Positions 49,174-59,442 of a stretch of 64,000 nt of DNA are shown here, piece by piece. Under the pieces are notes generated by a model. The model saw nothing but the letters and a program-made list of their open reading frames with translations, was not told the origin of the DNA and searched no databases. Numbering within the stretch: the first letter of the stretch is position 1; every line of letters begins with the position of its first letter. The DNA comes from Candidatus Methylacidiphilales bacterium (GTDB lineage Bacteria > Verrucomicrobiota > Verrucomicrobiia > Methylacidiphilales > UBA1321): NCBI GenBank assembly GCA_026225555.1, contig JAMFSY010000017.1:3602-67601 (forward strand), in the 5' to 3' direction. Both the position numbers and the translations under genes were made by a program.

Positions 49174-51162
49174 TTAACCCCACGCCGGCGCGGCGGGCTT
49201 GATCTTCCACTCATTGACCATTCCGCGTGGGAAATTGCTGACGAACCGCGACGGTTCCTGCCAGCGCTCATCGAAGGAGGCCGAGGCCCGCATGGTTGGA
49301 TAGGTCAGGTAAAGCTCATCGCAGGCGCGGGTGACGGCGACATAAAAGAGGCGGCGTTCCTCCTCCTCGCCCTCGAGTGTTTCCGTCGAGCGCGCCGCCG
49401 GGAACATTCCGTCGCAGAGCATGATGACGAAGACGATTTTCCACTCGAGCCCCTTGGCCTGGTGGATCGTGCTGAGGCGAATGCAGGGCTGGCCGCGCAG
49501 GTGGTTCTCCTTGCGCGGGCCGCCATCGACATTCGTCATCAGGGCAAGCTGGGCGAGGAATTCCTCTGTCCGCTCGAAGTTCTGCGCGAAGGCCCGCAGT
49601 TGGCTCAAGTCCTCGAGCCGCGACTGGAAGTTCGGGAACTTCGTCTTCATGTAATCCTCGTAGATCGCGTCGATCACGATCTGGATCTGTTCCGAGGCGC
49701 GGCCGCGTAATTCCGGCGCGGTGATTTGCGCGTGCGTTTCCACCCACTGCTTCCACGGCTCGGCGGCTTTCACGGGCGGCTCCAACGTGGCGAACATATC
49801 GCCCTTCGCGAGCTTCTCCCACAGCTTGTCCGAGGTGCGCTGGCCCACACCTGGCATTAATCCGGCGATCCGTTTGAAGGCAAGTTCGTCCTTGGGATTC
49901 AGCGCGAATTTCAGGAAGGAGGCCACGTCCTTCACATGCGCCTGCTCAAAGAAGCGGAGTCCGCTCAGGAGCTCGAACGGCATCTGGCGCCGGGTCATTT
50001 CCATCTGCAATTCCATCGAGTGGAAATGCGCGCGGTAAAGCACCGCGATCTCGTTCAGGTCGGTCCCCTCCTCCTGCAATTCCTCGATGCGCTGGCAGAT
50101 GAAGGCTGCCTGCTGGTTGCCATCCTGGAGGCAGATCAGCGCAGGCTTGGAGAATTTTTCAGCGGGACGCACCGCGTGCAGATTCTTCGGAAATTGCTTC
50201 GTATTCGCCGAGATGGCGTAATTGGCCAGCGTCAGGATTTCCGGGGTGCTCCGGTAATTCGTCTCAATGCGGATCTCCCGGGTGCCGGGATAACGTTGTG
50301 GGAAATTCAGCACGTTCTCGAAATTCGCCCCGCGCCATGAGTAGATGCTCTGGGCGTCGTCACCCACCGCCATGACCTGATGATGGAAGGCCGCGATCGT
50401 ATCGATGAAATCGGCCTGGATCTTGTTCGTATCCTGGTACTCGTCGACCAGCACGTGCTGAAATTGTTCCTGGTAGAATTTTCGCAGGTCCTCATTATCG
50501 CGGAGCAGGTGCAGCGCGTAGACGAGCAGATCGTCGTAATCCATCACGTTGTCGACCTTCTTGCGGTCGCGGAAGACGCGATGGACCGCCTCGAGCTGGC
50601 TGACGATGGGGCTGAAGTAGGGGTAGTTGCTCTCGATCACGCTCGCGATCGACTTTTCGGTATTCGCGGCCAGCCCAAAAATATCGAGCAGCACCGCGCC
50701 TTTCGGTAGCGTCTTGTCCTTGGGATCGAGCCCCGTCGCCTTCAATGCCGCCACGGCGAGATCAGCCGCGTCGTCACGATCAAGGATGGTGAAATCGCTG
50801 CTGAACCCGAGCGCGTTCGCGTGCCGCCGCAGGAGCCGGTTCGCCACGGAGTGAAACGTCCCGCCCCAGATGCGCGAGATATCGAGCGGCAACAGGCTGC
50901 CCACGCGGTCGAGCATTTCACGCGACGCCTTGTTCGTGAAGGTCAGCAGCAGGATGTTCTCCGGCTCGACGCCGTTTTCGATCAGGTAGGCCACGCGATA
51001 GGTCAACGTTCGCGTCTTGCCGCTACCCGCGCCCGCGATGACGAGGATCGGCCCCGGCTTTGCCGTCACGGCGGCATACTGTTCATCGTTGAGCCCCCCG
51101 CGATAATCGATCTGCGCCGTGGGCGCGGCGGTGGATTTCTTCAGGACATACTCAACGGACAT
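49174..51162 (-). CDS. uvrD: UvrD/PcrA-family ATP-dependent DNA helicase
   Basis: Real start MSVEYVLKK at 51162; motif I AGAGSGKT, LVDEYQD, VGDDAQSIY, NYRS, TIHQAKGLEW, EERRLFYVAVTRA. Confidence 0.95.
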   Translation of the reverse strand: MSVEYVLKKSTAAPTAQIDYRGGLNDEQYAAVTAKPGPILVIAGAGSGKTRTLTYRVAYLIENGVEPENILLLTFTNKASREMLDRVGSLLPLDISRIWGGTFHSVANRLLRRHANALGFSSDFTILDRDDAADLAVAALKATGLDPKDKTLPKGAVLLDIFGLAANTEKSIASVIESNYPYFSPIVSQLEAVHRVFRDRKKVDNVMDYDDLLVYALHLLRDNEDLRKFYQEQFQHVLVDEYQDTNKIQADFIDTIAAFHHQVMAVGDDAQSIYSWRGANFENVLNFPQRYPGTREIRIETNYRSTPEILTLANYAISANTKQFPKNLHAVRPAEKFSKPALICLQDGNQQAAFICQRIEELQEEGTDLNEIAVLYRAHFHSMELQMEMTRRQMPFELLSGLRFFEQAHVKDVASFLKFALNPKDELAFKRIAGLMPGVGQRTSDKLWEKLAKGDMFATLEPPVKAAEPWKQWVETHAQITAPELRGRASEQIQIVIDAIYEDYMKTKFPNFQSRLEDLSQLRAFAQNFERTEEFLAQLALMTNVDGGPRKENHLRGQPCIRLSTIHQAKGLEWKIVFVIMLCDGMFPAARSTETLEGEEEERRLFYVAVTRACDELYLTYPTMRASASFDERWQEPSRFVSNFPRGMVNEWKIKPAAPAWG

Positions 51163-51312
51163 CCGGTTACTTTCGCGTGTCGCGGCCCGCACGCAATGCG
51201 GATTTTTCGGAACTTCCCCAATAAATAATTGTAACCACTTTTTCCGAGGCGGGGTCATCTCCCATAAGGGCAGATAATGCCCCACAACCTTTAACCCCAC
51301 TCCCCCCGATTT

Positions 51313-52101
51313 ATGAACGAAAATCCCACTCCCCCCGTGACGACGGAAAAGACCGTGATCGTGACCCACAACCATCTGCGCGGACTTTGGACCCTGACCA
51401 TCGCCAGCATTGCCCTTAATGGCCTCATCCTGTTGCTGATCCTGATTTGTTTTATCGCGCATCATCGTCACCACAAACGGCACGGCCATGGCGGCGAACA
51501 GAATCGGGGCGGCGCCCAGATGGAAGGATTCCGCGGTGGTTTCCATCATCACCATCATTTCGGTCGTTTCGGTGGTGAAGGAAGGGGTGGTCCCGGCGGC
51601 GGGGATCGCGGACGCGGCTTTGGCGGAGATCGCCATGAAGGCATGGGCATGGATCGGCCCGGATTCCGCGGCGAAGGCCGGGATGGCGGCCCCGGTCGCG
51701 AGGGCGGCAAAGAGGGAGGCCGAAGCTTCGGTGAGCATCGCGGTGGCGACGGCCGGGGCGGCATGGGTATGGGCATGATGGGCGGCCGAGATCGCACACC
51801 CCCTGATCCCGCCAAGATGACCGATGGCATCGTGGATCATCTCACCAAGCAACTGACCCTGACCGACGATGAGAAGGGCAAGATCAAGCCGATCATCGAG
51901 GCCCAGGTGGCCCAAATGCAGAAGGATATGGAAGCCCAGCGCCAAGCCCGCGAAAAAGCCTTTACGGATCTCAAGGCCAAGCTCAAGCCGATCCTGGATG
52001 CCGACCAGCAGAAGCAGCTCGATGCCCTGCCCGGCCCCGGCCAAAAACCGGCAGACAAGGCCCCGGAGAAGCCGACCGACGCGGATAAAGCGAATACCTA
52101 A
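51313..52101 (+). CDS. Membrane-anchored His/Gly-rich protein with Spy/CpxP-like helical C-terminus
   Basis: One TM helix, His clusters, RGG-rich linker, LTLTDDEK.KI and LDADQQKQL repeats. Confidence 0.7.
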   Translation: MNENPTPPVTTEKTVIVTHNHLRGLWTLTIASIALNGLILLLILICFIAHHRHHKRHGHGGEQNRGGAQMEGFRGGFHHHHHFGRFGGEGRGGPGGGDRGRGFGGDRHEGMGMDRPGFRGEGRDGGPGREGGKEGGRSFGEHRGGDGRGGMGMGMMGGRDRTPPDPAKMTDGIVDHLTKQLTLTDDEKGKIKPIIEAQVAQMQKDMEAQRQAREKAFTDLKAKLKPILDADQQKQLDALPGPGQKPADKAPEKPTDADKANT

Positions 52102-52113
52102 AACCGGTTTCCT

Positions 52114-52157
52114 AAAATAAAACCGCCGCTCTTAACCGGGCGGCGGTTTTTTTATTT
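52114..52157. terminator. Bidirectional intrinsic terminator
   Basis: AAAACCGCCGC-loop-GCGGCGGTTTTTTT between convergent genes. Confidence 0.85.
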
Positions 52158-52189
52158 GGCGAGACCCATGGGGAACGACGCCCACGCCT

Positions 52190-53293
52190 TTATTCTCTTC
52201 TCAGCCTTCTTTTCATCCAGCTACCCACGGGTCTTTCAAAATAAAAGTGGGATAGATGCGAGATGCCCAGGACCAATCCAATTGTTAAAATAATAAAGAA
52301 AAACCGCCCCGGGTAAGAGGGAAGGCCAAGAGATGCCGTGGTACCTATTTTCCGCAATCCCATGATGACCGTCATGGCCTTGAGAACGGGCCAATGCCAG
52401 ACGTAAATGGAATAGGAAATATCTCCCAGCCAATGAAGGGATGGCCTGGAGAGGACATTCGACAGGATCGACTCCTTCTGAGCGGACAAATAGACCAGGG
52501 CCGGGAAAAATAGGATCGCCAGGCTTCGATTGAAGGGAAATTGGAAGCACAGAAGAGAAGCGACAACTATCAGAAGCAAAATCTCCCCGGTTTTCGAGAG
52601 AAGCTCCTTGAATCCGCTTTTGAGTCCGAAAACACAAACAAAAAAGCCCGAGGTAAAACAGAGGATGCCCCGGGAGGGGCTGAACGGCCCGACCGTCAGC
52701 ACCCAGGAAGGTTGATCTCGCAAGTGGTAAAGCATCGCCGCGTTGATTATTACCGGGAGAACCGCCAGTACGATTTTCGTTCGAATCGAGCAGCGCGTCC
52801 CCAACAGACAGAGCGCGGGAAGGACGAACAGATATAAAAATATCTCAATGGAAATCGACCATGTCGGCGGATTGATCACATCGAAGTGGGGAAGCAGCGG
52901 CCAATCCTGGACGAGGAATAAATTGGTGAGAATAACGATCGGATTCAGATCGGGCGACGCGGATCCGGTCTTTAGAAAAGCCAATAGGTTCATGACCAAC
53001 ATGGCGGCCATGCCGATGAGATAAAGGGGATAAATGCGCGCCGCCCTGGCGGCAAAATAATCGCGCCAGGCAAACTTACGGTCGAAATAGACGTAGCAGA
53101 GAATGAATCCGCTCAACTCAAAAAAGAGGTCCACCGCCTCGTTGTTCCACAGGAAAACGCCGTAAATTTTCCGAAGCAACGGCCATTCCGGGAAAAGCCC
53201 AAAAAACTCCGCATGCGCAATAAAGACTGTCAGCGCCGCCAGCCCCCGAAGACATGTTTGCCCCTTAAGTTCCGATCGACCTTTCGTGGGCAT
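52190..53293 (-). CDS. Acyltransferase-3 (OafA-like) membrane O-acyltransferase, lower GC
   Basis: LRGLAAL.V, AVDLFF.LSGF, RAARIYP, WSISIE, LGDISYSIYVWHWP, YFERP. Confidence 0.9.
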   Translation of the reverse strand: MPTKGRSELKGQTCLRGLAALTVFIAHAEFFGLFPEWPLLRKIYGVFLWNNEAVDLFFELSGFILCYVYFDRKFAWRDYFAARAARIYPLYLIGMAAMLVMNLLAFLKTGSASPDLNPIVILTNLFLVQDWPLLPHFDVINPPTWSISIEIFLYLFVLPALCLLGTRCSIRTKIVLAVLPVIINAAMLYHLRDQPSWVLTVGPFSPSRGILCFTSGFFVCVFGLKSGFKELLSKTGEILLLIVVASLLCFQFPFNRSLAILFFPALVYLSAQKESILSNVLSRPSLHWLGDISYSIYVWHWPVLKAMTVIMGLRKIGTTASLGLPSYPGRFFFIILTIGLVLGISHLSHFYFERPVGSWMKRRLRRE

Positions 53294-53382
53294 CAGTCAG
53301 TCTCACGTTCGCCCTCCGATCAGGCAAGCAAAAGTACCGATCTTCCTTGAATGGAAAGTCGGGCGGGACTGCCATTCCTACC

Positions 53383-54513
53383 CTAGGATACCAACTGTGC
53401 CGCCGGTTCCGGCGCAGCCGCCAGTTCTGTCCGCTCGATCCAGCCGCCGCCGATCACCCGGTCGCCGACGAAACAAACGGCGGCCTGGCCCGGACTGACC
53501 GAGCGCTGCGGCTCGATGAATTCCAGGCGCGCGCGACGATCCGGCAACGGATGCAGCATGGCGCGGACCGCGGGAAAATTATAACGGATCTTCGTCGTCA
53601 CCTCGACCGGCCCGGCGAGTTCCCCCTCGCCCCAGTTGGTCTGCGCGAGGTAACAATCGCGGCGCAAAAGGTCGTCGTAATCGCCGACCACGATGCGCTG
53701 CCGCGCCGCGTCGATATCGATGACATAGACGGGACGGCCATGTCCACCGCCGAGGCCCTTGCGCTGGCCGACCGTATAAAATTCGATGCCCTCGTGATCG
53801 CCCATCTTCGTGCCGTCCTTAAAATAGATGCCGCCGGGATGGAACTCCTTTTCGCCCAGATGCGATTTCAAAAACGCCGTGTAGTCGTTGCCCGGCACGA
53901 AGCAGATTTCCTGGCTGTCTTCCTTGTCGTAAGTCTTCAGCCCCATCTTTTTCGCCAGCGCGCGCACTTCCGGCTTGGTCAGGCCGCCGAGCGGCAGGAT
54001 GGCCGAGGCGAGCTGCTCCTGGCGCAGGCTGAAAAGAAAGTAAGACTGGTCCTTGTGGGCATCAACCGCGCGAAAGAGCGTCGCGCGGCCATCCGAGCCG
54101 TGCTCGATCCGCGCATAATGGCCGGTGGCGACATGGCTCGCGCCGAGCGCCTTGGCCTTGGTCAGGAGATTGCCGAACTTGAGCTTCTCGTTGCACATCA
54201 CGCACGGGTTCGGCGTCCGACCCGCCTTGTATTCGCTGGTGAAATAATCGATGACCATCTTCTCGAACTCGTTCGCCTCATCGACGACGTAGTGAGGAAT
54301 GTCCAGCGCATGGGCCACGCCGCGCGCGTCGGCAACCGCCTGCGGCCCGCAACATTTGTCCTCCGCCCGCGACACGCAATCTTGCGGCCACACCTTCATG
54401 GTTACGCCGACGACGTCGTAGCCCTGCTCCTTAAGCAGGTAGGCCGCGACCGACGAATCGACACCACCGCTCATGCCGAGCAGGACGCGAGGTTTGGCGG
54501 GGGAAGGATTCAT
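53383..54513 (-). CDS. mnmA: tRNA 2-thiouridine(34) synthase
   Basis: GMSGGVDSS, GRTPNPCVMCN, ATGHYAR, KDQSYFL, DSQEICF, PGQAAV. Confidence 0.97.
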   Translation of the reverse strand: MNPSPAKPRVLLGMSGGVDSSVAAYLLKEQGYDVVGVTMKVWPQDCVSRAEDKCCGPQAVADARGVAHALDIPHYVVDEANEFEKMVIDYFTSEYKAGRTPNPCVMCNEKLKFGNLLTKAKALGASHVATGHYARIEHGSDGRATLFRAVDAHKDQSYFLFSLRQEQLASAILPLGGLTKPEVRALAKKMGLKTYDKEDSQEICFVPGNDYTAFLKSHLGEKEFHPGGIYFKDGTKMGDHEGIEFYTVGQRKGLGGGHGRPVYVIDIDAARQRIVVGDYDDLLRRDCYLAQTNWGEGELAGPVEVTTKIRYNFPAVRAMLHPLPDRRARLEFIEPQRSVSPGQAAVCFVGDRVIGGGWIERTELAAAPEPAAQLVS

Positions 54514-54583
54514 GGGAGGAGTGAGTATGCCCTAACTGGCCAGGAACTCAAACCGTTGATTTACGGGAGATCATGCCGTCCCC

Positions 54584-55258
54584 TTACCTTCCCCGCTTCT
54601 CCCGCAATTTCATGAACTTGGGATAACTCGGACAAAGGTCTTTTAGCGCGCAATTCGGGCAATCGGGATTGAGCGCCTTGCAGCAACGCCGTCCGTGAAA
54701 GATCAGCCAGTGGGAAAAGAGGGTCCAATCCTCCTGCGGCACCAACTTCATCAAAGCCGGTTCAATTTTCTTCGGATCCGTTTCGCGAGTGAGCCCGAGC
54801 CGCATCGAAAGCCGCGCGACATGCGTATCGACCACCACGCCGACATTGATTTCGAAGGCGTTGCCCAAAACGACATTCGCCGTCTTGCGCCCCACGCCGG
54901 GCAGGCTCACCAGTTCCTCCATCGTGGGCGGGACTTCGCCACCATGTTTCTCCACGAGAATGGCGCAGGCGGCTCGGATGTTTTTCGCCTTCGCGCGATA
55001 AAGCCCGATGGCGCGGAGATCCTGCTCCAATTCCGGCAAATCCGACTCCGCGTAGGCCTTCGCGGTGCGGTATCTTTTAAAGACCGCGGGCGTGACTTTG
55101 TTGACCTGCACGTCCGTGCATTGCGCGGAGAGCATCGTCGCGACAAGCAACTCGAGCGGATTGGAGAACGTCAGCTCGCAATGCGCGTCGGGATAGACCC
55201 GCGCCAGGATTTCACAGATGGCTTTCGCGCGTTCCGGGCGCGGCAGGGCGGTTGGCAC
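54584..55258 (-). CDS. nth: Endonuclease III
   Basis: LSAQCTD..VN, LPGVGRKTANVVL, VDTHV, C-x6-C-xx-C-x5-C iron-sulfur motif; GTG start. Confidence 0.96.
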   Translation of the reverse strand: MPTALPRPERAKAICEILARVYPDAHCELTFSNPLELLVATMLSAQCTDVQVNKVTPAVFKRYRTAKAYAESDLPELEQDLRAIGLYRAKAKNIRAACAILVEKHGGEVPPTMEELVSLPGVGRKTANVVLGNAFEINVGVVVDTHVARLSMRLGLTRETDPKKIEPALMKLVPQEDWTLFSHWLIFHGRRCCKALNPDCPNCALKDLCPSYPKFMKLREKRGR

Positions 55259-55269
55259 AGGCTTGCTCC

Positions 55270-58200
55270 TCAGCTACCGCCGGCCGCCTGTGCCTTGGCC
55301 GCCCAATCGGGCGCGGAGGTCGAGTAATTCTTCAGGATGGTGTCGTACTGCTTTTTCGCGTTGGCCTTGTCGCCCGCCTTGTCATAGACCTGACCGGCGT
55401 CGTAAAGCCCCTCCGCGCTCAGCTCAGGAACCGCCGCGCCGAAGATCGTATCCACTTGCTGGAAATAGTGGACCGCGTATTCGATGGTGCCAGGCACCAC
55501 GGGCGCCGTGGTCGCGCCTTCCTTTTGGAGAATGCGACCATACCCGAGCATCGCCTTCGCCTGAAGCTCCACCCCCGCCTGGGAGGCCTGCATCAGGCCC
55601 GCGTAGGTCGCCTTCGCCGCCGCAAGATCGTTCGGCTGGCCCGATTGCTCGCCCGCCAGCGCGAGGCCGAAATTGGCCTGGAGAATATGAGGATGCCAGG
55701 CCGCGCCGCCGGGCAGCTTTTTCATCGCGGCGAAATAGGTCGCGGCCTTGGCCACGTCACCCTGCGCGAGGTAGGTCGCGCCCAGGCCGTAATCGCCGTC
55801 GGCCTGCGTTTCCTGGTCCTTGGGATCGCCTTCCAGCAACGCGGTATAGACCTGCTCGGCCGTCGTGTAGTCCTTCGCGGCGAGAAGCAGTTGGCCGTAT
55901 TGGCTCGCCTCGACCCGGGTCAGGTGCAGGTTCGGGCTCGCCGTGATTGCCGCGCGAAAGCGGGCCAGCGCTGCGGGATATTGTTTCTCCCCCTGCTTGA
56001 TAATGAAGACCAAGCCGGCCTTGGCTAGTTCCACGCGGGCCTTCATGTCGGGATCGGTCAAATCAGCGGTGACCTTGTCGAGATAGGCGTCAAAATCAGG
56101 CTCCTTCAACAGGCCCCAGGAGCGTCGTTGCGCGAGGACATCGTCCAAGCCCTGGAACGCATTATCAACTGCCTTCAATTGATCGGGCGAACTTTTCAAC
56201 ACGCCAACGAAGGCTTGCTCCGCGGAACCGAGCCGCTTCTGTGCCTCGGCGCGTTGCGCGTCTTCCTGCATGGACTGATAAGGGCCGAGCGCCTTCGCGG
56301 CCTTGAGCCAGATGCCGCCGATCTTGGTGCGCGCAACGGCGGAAACTTCGGGATCGGTGCCATCCGCCAACGGCTGGTACTCGGCGATGGCGAGATCGAA
56401 CTTCTTCTCTTTCACATCGACAGCACTGACCGCGTCGGCCGCCTGCAGCAGCAACTTATACTGCGCCGGGAAAGCCTTCTTCAGGTCGTTTGCCGCCTGA
56501 ATCATCGCCGGGATATTGTTGGCGCGCTGGTAAATATTGACGACGTAGAAGAGGGCAAAGGGCGCGGGGGAATTGGCGTCGTCCTGAGGGAACTTCTTCG
56601 CCACATCCTGCAACGCGGCCACCGCGCCGGGATCGTGCTTCTGGTCCATCGCGACGCCCTGCATGACGAGCACGCTGCGCAGGTCCGGGTTGTTGGGATA
56701 CTTCGCCGTGAAGGCCTTGCTCTCCGCAATGACATCATCGATCCGTCCGAGCGATTGCAGCGTTTGTATATAGCCGATATCACCGGCGGCCTGAATCTCC
56801 GGCGTGGCGCTGGTGTTGTCCTTGACCTTGGCATAGTCGGCCAGGGCACCGTTCAGGTCGCCATGGGCCGTTGCCACCTGGGCATCGCTGATAAACAAGC
56901 CGATGGCCACCGGGCTTCTCGGATTTGCCTGCAGATAATCGTCGGCCACCTTCTTGGCTTCATCGAAACGACCGAGACTTTTCAGGGCCTGGGCTTTCAT
57001 CTCGATCGCTTCGCCCACATATTTTCCATTCGGGAAATCCTTCAGGCTACGATTCGCCTGGGAAAGCCCGCCCGCGTAATCCTTGCGGTCCATCAGGCTC
57101 TTCGCCATCTGCACGCTGAGTCCCTCGGCCTGCGGATCGCCAGGATGCTTCGCCAGATAATCGGTCAACGCCTTGTCGGCCTTGTCGGTCTGGCCGCCGA
57201 GCACGTACGAATAAATGAGCGCGAAATCGACTTCCTGCTGCTGCTCTTTTGTCAATGTGGCGTGGGCCAGCCGATGGATCACCGTGCGGGCCTCGTCGCC
57301 CTGCTTCATCGTATTATAACATTCGGCGATGCGGATCAGGGCCTGGATGATCGGATCGGGCCCACTCTTCAAGTCCTGCAAGCGGCCGTTTTCCCGATCG
57401 ATCAATCGGCTGTTTTCCGTCGCCAAAGTGGCGCCCTGTGAGCCTTGCAGTTGGGATTGGCTCTGAGCCTTGAGCTGATCCAGCCGCGTCTGTTGCAATT
57501 GAACGAGGTCGTCCTTGCGGATGATTTTCCGGTAAGCGTCGAGCGCTTTTTGATAGCCGCTGGTATCGGGCAAGTCGAGGGAAGCAGCGAGATAAAGGAT
57601 ATCAGCCTCCGCCGCATTGGCGTCGTTGGCCTGGACGAGGGCGTTGGGATCGTTCGCCACATGATCAAAGGCCTCAATCGCCTTGGCGACCAGCGGCTTC
57701 ACTTCATCGGCGGACTTCTTGGCGGTCATGGCCTCGCTGGCTTCCCGCGCATAAAGGTTGCCCAAAAGCAGGTAATAATCGTTGCGGCGTAGATTGGCCT
57801 GGAAGCTCGGCCCGACCAGGACCTGCACATCGGCTTCGGCAGCGTGAAGATCTTCCTTATAGAACTCGGCCAGGGCGCGATTGTAATAGGCCTCCGCGAG
57901 GTAACCGTTGTTATCGGGCGAGGGGTTGGCCTTGATGAAGCTGAGCAGCTGGGTCATCGTGTTTGCCGCTTGGGCGAACATCGCGTTACGTTGGGAATCC
58001 CCGGTCAGCTTTCCTCCCTGTAAAAGCTGCGCGTACCCCAGGTAAAAAAGCGCGGTGGCCTTGTTGTCCATGGGCGCGCTCGGCGTGGTCTCCTTCGACA
58101 GGCGATCAATCGCCTTGGGGTAGTCGCCCAATTGCAAATAGGCGAAACCGGCCCTCATCCGCACCGCATCGATGTTCGGCGTGGTGGGGTAACCGGTGAT

Positions 58201-58356
58201 GATCTGGTCCAGGGCCTGGGCCGCCGTAGCGTAATCACCCTGCGAAAGCGCGTTGGTGCCCTTGGTATAGAGATCCCCTGCCTGATCGGCATGGGCCAGC
58301 AGAACAGAACAGGCTAAATACGTCAGCCCTCTTAAAAACCATTTCACTAGCGTCAC
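55270..58356 (-). CDS. Large exported tetratricopeptide-repeat protein
   Basis: Signal peptide and many TPR-like helical repeats (A..A...YP motifs). Confidence 0.85.
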   Translation of the reverse strand: MTLVKWFLRGLTYLACSVLLAHADQAGDLYTKGTNALSQGDYATAAQALDQIITGYPTTPNIDAVRMRAGFAYLQLGDYPKAIDRLSKETTPSAPMDNKATALFYLGYAQLLQGGKLTGDSQRNAMFAQAANTMTQLLSFIKANPSPDNNGYLAEAYYNRALAEFYKEDLHAAEADVQVLVGPSFQANLRRNDYYLLLGNLYAREASEAMTAKKSADEVKPLVAKAIEAFDHVANDPNALVQANDANAAEADILYLAASLDLPDTSGYQKALDAYRKIIRKDDLVQLQQTRLDQLKAQSQSQLQGSQGATLATENSRLIDRENGRLQDLKSGPDPIIQALIRIAECYNTMKQGDEARTVIHRLAHATLTKEQQQEVDFALIYSYVLGGQTDKADKALTDYLAKHPGDPQAEGLSVQMAKSLMDRKDYAGGLSQANRSLKDFPNGKYVGEAIEMKAQALKSLGRFDEAKKVADDYLQANPRSPVAIGLFISDAQVATAHGDLNGALADYAKVKDNTSATPEIQAAGDIGYIQTLQSLGRIDDVIAESKAFTAKYPNNPDLRSVLVMQGVAMDQKHDPGAVAALQDVAKKFPQDDANSPAPFALFYVVNIYQRANNIPAMIQAANDLKKAFPAQYKLLLQAADAVSAVDVKEKKFDLAIAEYQPLADGTDPEVSAVARTKIGGIWLKAAKALGPYQSMQEDAQRAEAQKRLGSAEQAFVGVLKSSPDQLKAVDNAFQGLDDVLAQRRSWGLLKEPDFDAYLDKVTADLTDPDMKARVELAKAGLVFIIKQGEKQYPAALARFRAAITASPNLHLTRVEASQYGQLLLAAKDYTTAEQVYTALLEGDPKDQETQADGDYGLGATYLAQGDVAKAATYFAAMKKLPGGAAWHPHILQANFGLALAGEQSGQPNDLAAAKATYAGLMQASQAGVELQAKAMLGYGRILQKEGATTAPVVPGTIEYAVHYFQQVDTIFGAAVPELSAEGLYDAGQVYDKAGDKANAKKQYDTILKNYSTSAPDWAAKAQAAGGS

Positions 58357-58426
58357 TTTGTAAGCAATTCAGGCGGGGTCAAAGAAAAATGTGTCCGTAG
58401 GCGCAACTTTTTCCTTATTTCAAGGT

Positions 58427-58639
58427 TTACCGCCGCAGAATCCAGGCAATCGCGCTCAGAGTAATACTGACGAGAATGCAAGTCGTGACGGGAAAGTAAA
58501 ACCGGGTATCCCCGCTTTGATACGAGATATCGCCGGGCAACCGTCCCAGCCAGCCGAGCCCTTTTCCCGACCAGAGCCACGCGCCCACCAGCGCGGCCAG
58601 GAGCCCAACGACGACGAGAAGTTTACCGAGATCCTGCAT
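58427..58639 (-). CDS. DUF2905-family small membrane protein
   Basis: MQDLGKLLVVVG...LGRLPGDI...FYFPVTTCIL.S; start at ATG 58639. Confidence 0.85.
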   Translation of the reverse strand: MQDLGKLLVVVGLLAALVGAWLWSGKGLGWLGRLPGDISYQSGDTRFYFPVTTCILVSITLSAIAWILRR

Positions 58640-58713
58640 GGCCACCAATCTATAACCTTTCCCGGCTACTGTCATCCCGTGGCCCCAATAGCCGCCCGGT
58701 GGGGGAGGAAATC

Positions 58714-59418
58714 TTAATTCTCCACTTCAGTCTTGGGTTCCGGCGCGGGTTGGCCCCAGCGTTCCTGCGCGCTTTGCGGAAGCTCTTCAGGACGGATGTT
58801 ATAATCCCGCTTCATGCCTTCGAAAAGCTCGCGCCAGGCGATGACAATCCGATCACGCAATTCCTCGCGGGAGGCGTTTTTATCCGGCGGCAGAGGTTTT
58901 CCGATCCGGACGAAAACCCGTGAGGAAGGAAAGTAATTCTTCAGAGCGTAAAGCTGGTCGGTGCCAATAATGACCATCGGGATGACCGGCACATTCGCCA
59001 TCTTCCAGAGGGACGCAGTGCCGATCGGCAACTCCGCCCCGCCGAGGACCGACGTCGCGCCCTGGCGAATTCCCTTTTCGGGGAAGATGCCCACCATGTT
59101 ACCCGCTTCAAGCCGAGCCAGCGTCGTTTTGAGTGCGCCGCGGTCGTTCTTCGTCCGGTCGATCGGAAAGACATGCCCCCATTTGAGCATGGGGCCCAAG
59201 ATCGGAATCTCGAGCAGTGGCTTGTCGGCCATGAAGTGGACCACGCGCGGGAACTTGATCATCATGCATGGCGGATCGAAATGGGAGACATGATTGGAAA
59301 TGACCAGCCCGGGCCCGGTTCTAGGCACGTTTTCCACGCCATCGCAATGAACCCGGGAGCCCAACCTCGGGATGAGAAAGGTCAGTTCGCGGCAGAAGTA
59401 ATAAAAGAAATTGCTCAT
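58714..59418 (-). CDS. Lysophospholipid acyltransferase (PlsC family)
   Basis: SNHVSHFDP (HxxxxD), IDR, IFPEKG, VPVIP. Confidence 0.9.
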   Translation of the reverse strand: MSNFFYYFCRELTFLIPRLGSRVHCDGVENVPRTGPGLVISNHVSHFDPPCMMIKFPRVVHFMADKPLLEIPILGPMLKWGHVFPIDRTKNDRGALKTTLARLEAGNMVGIFPEKGIRQGATSVLGGAELPIGTASLWKMANVPVIPMVIIGTDQLYALKNYFPSSRVFVRIGKPLPPDKNASREELRDRIVIAWRELFEGMKRDYNIRPEELPQSAQERWGQPAPEPKTEVEN

Positions 59419-59442
59419 GGCAAAAGGTTGAGGAGGCGAACC

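Noticed and set aside
51163-52044. Apparent 294-aa N-terminal extension of UvrD (956-aa ORF)
   Set aside because: It is antisense to the 51313-52101 gene; the helicase begins near 51162.
52190-53293. Lower-GC genes (acyltransferase, 22519-23058, PEP-CTERM) as mobile elements
   Set aside because: No terminal repeats or mobility genes; they are only possible single-gene acquisitions.
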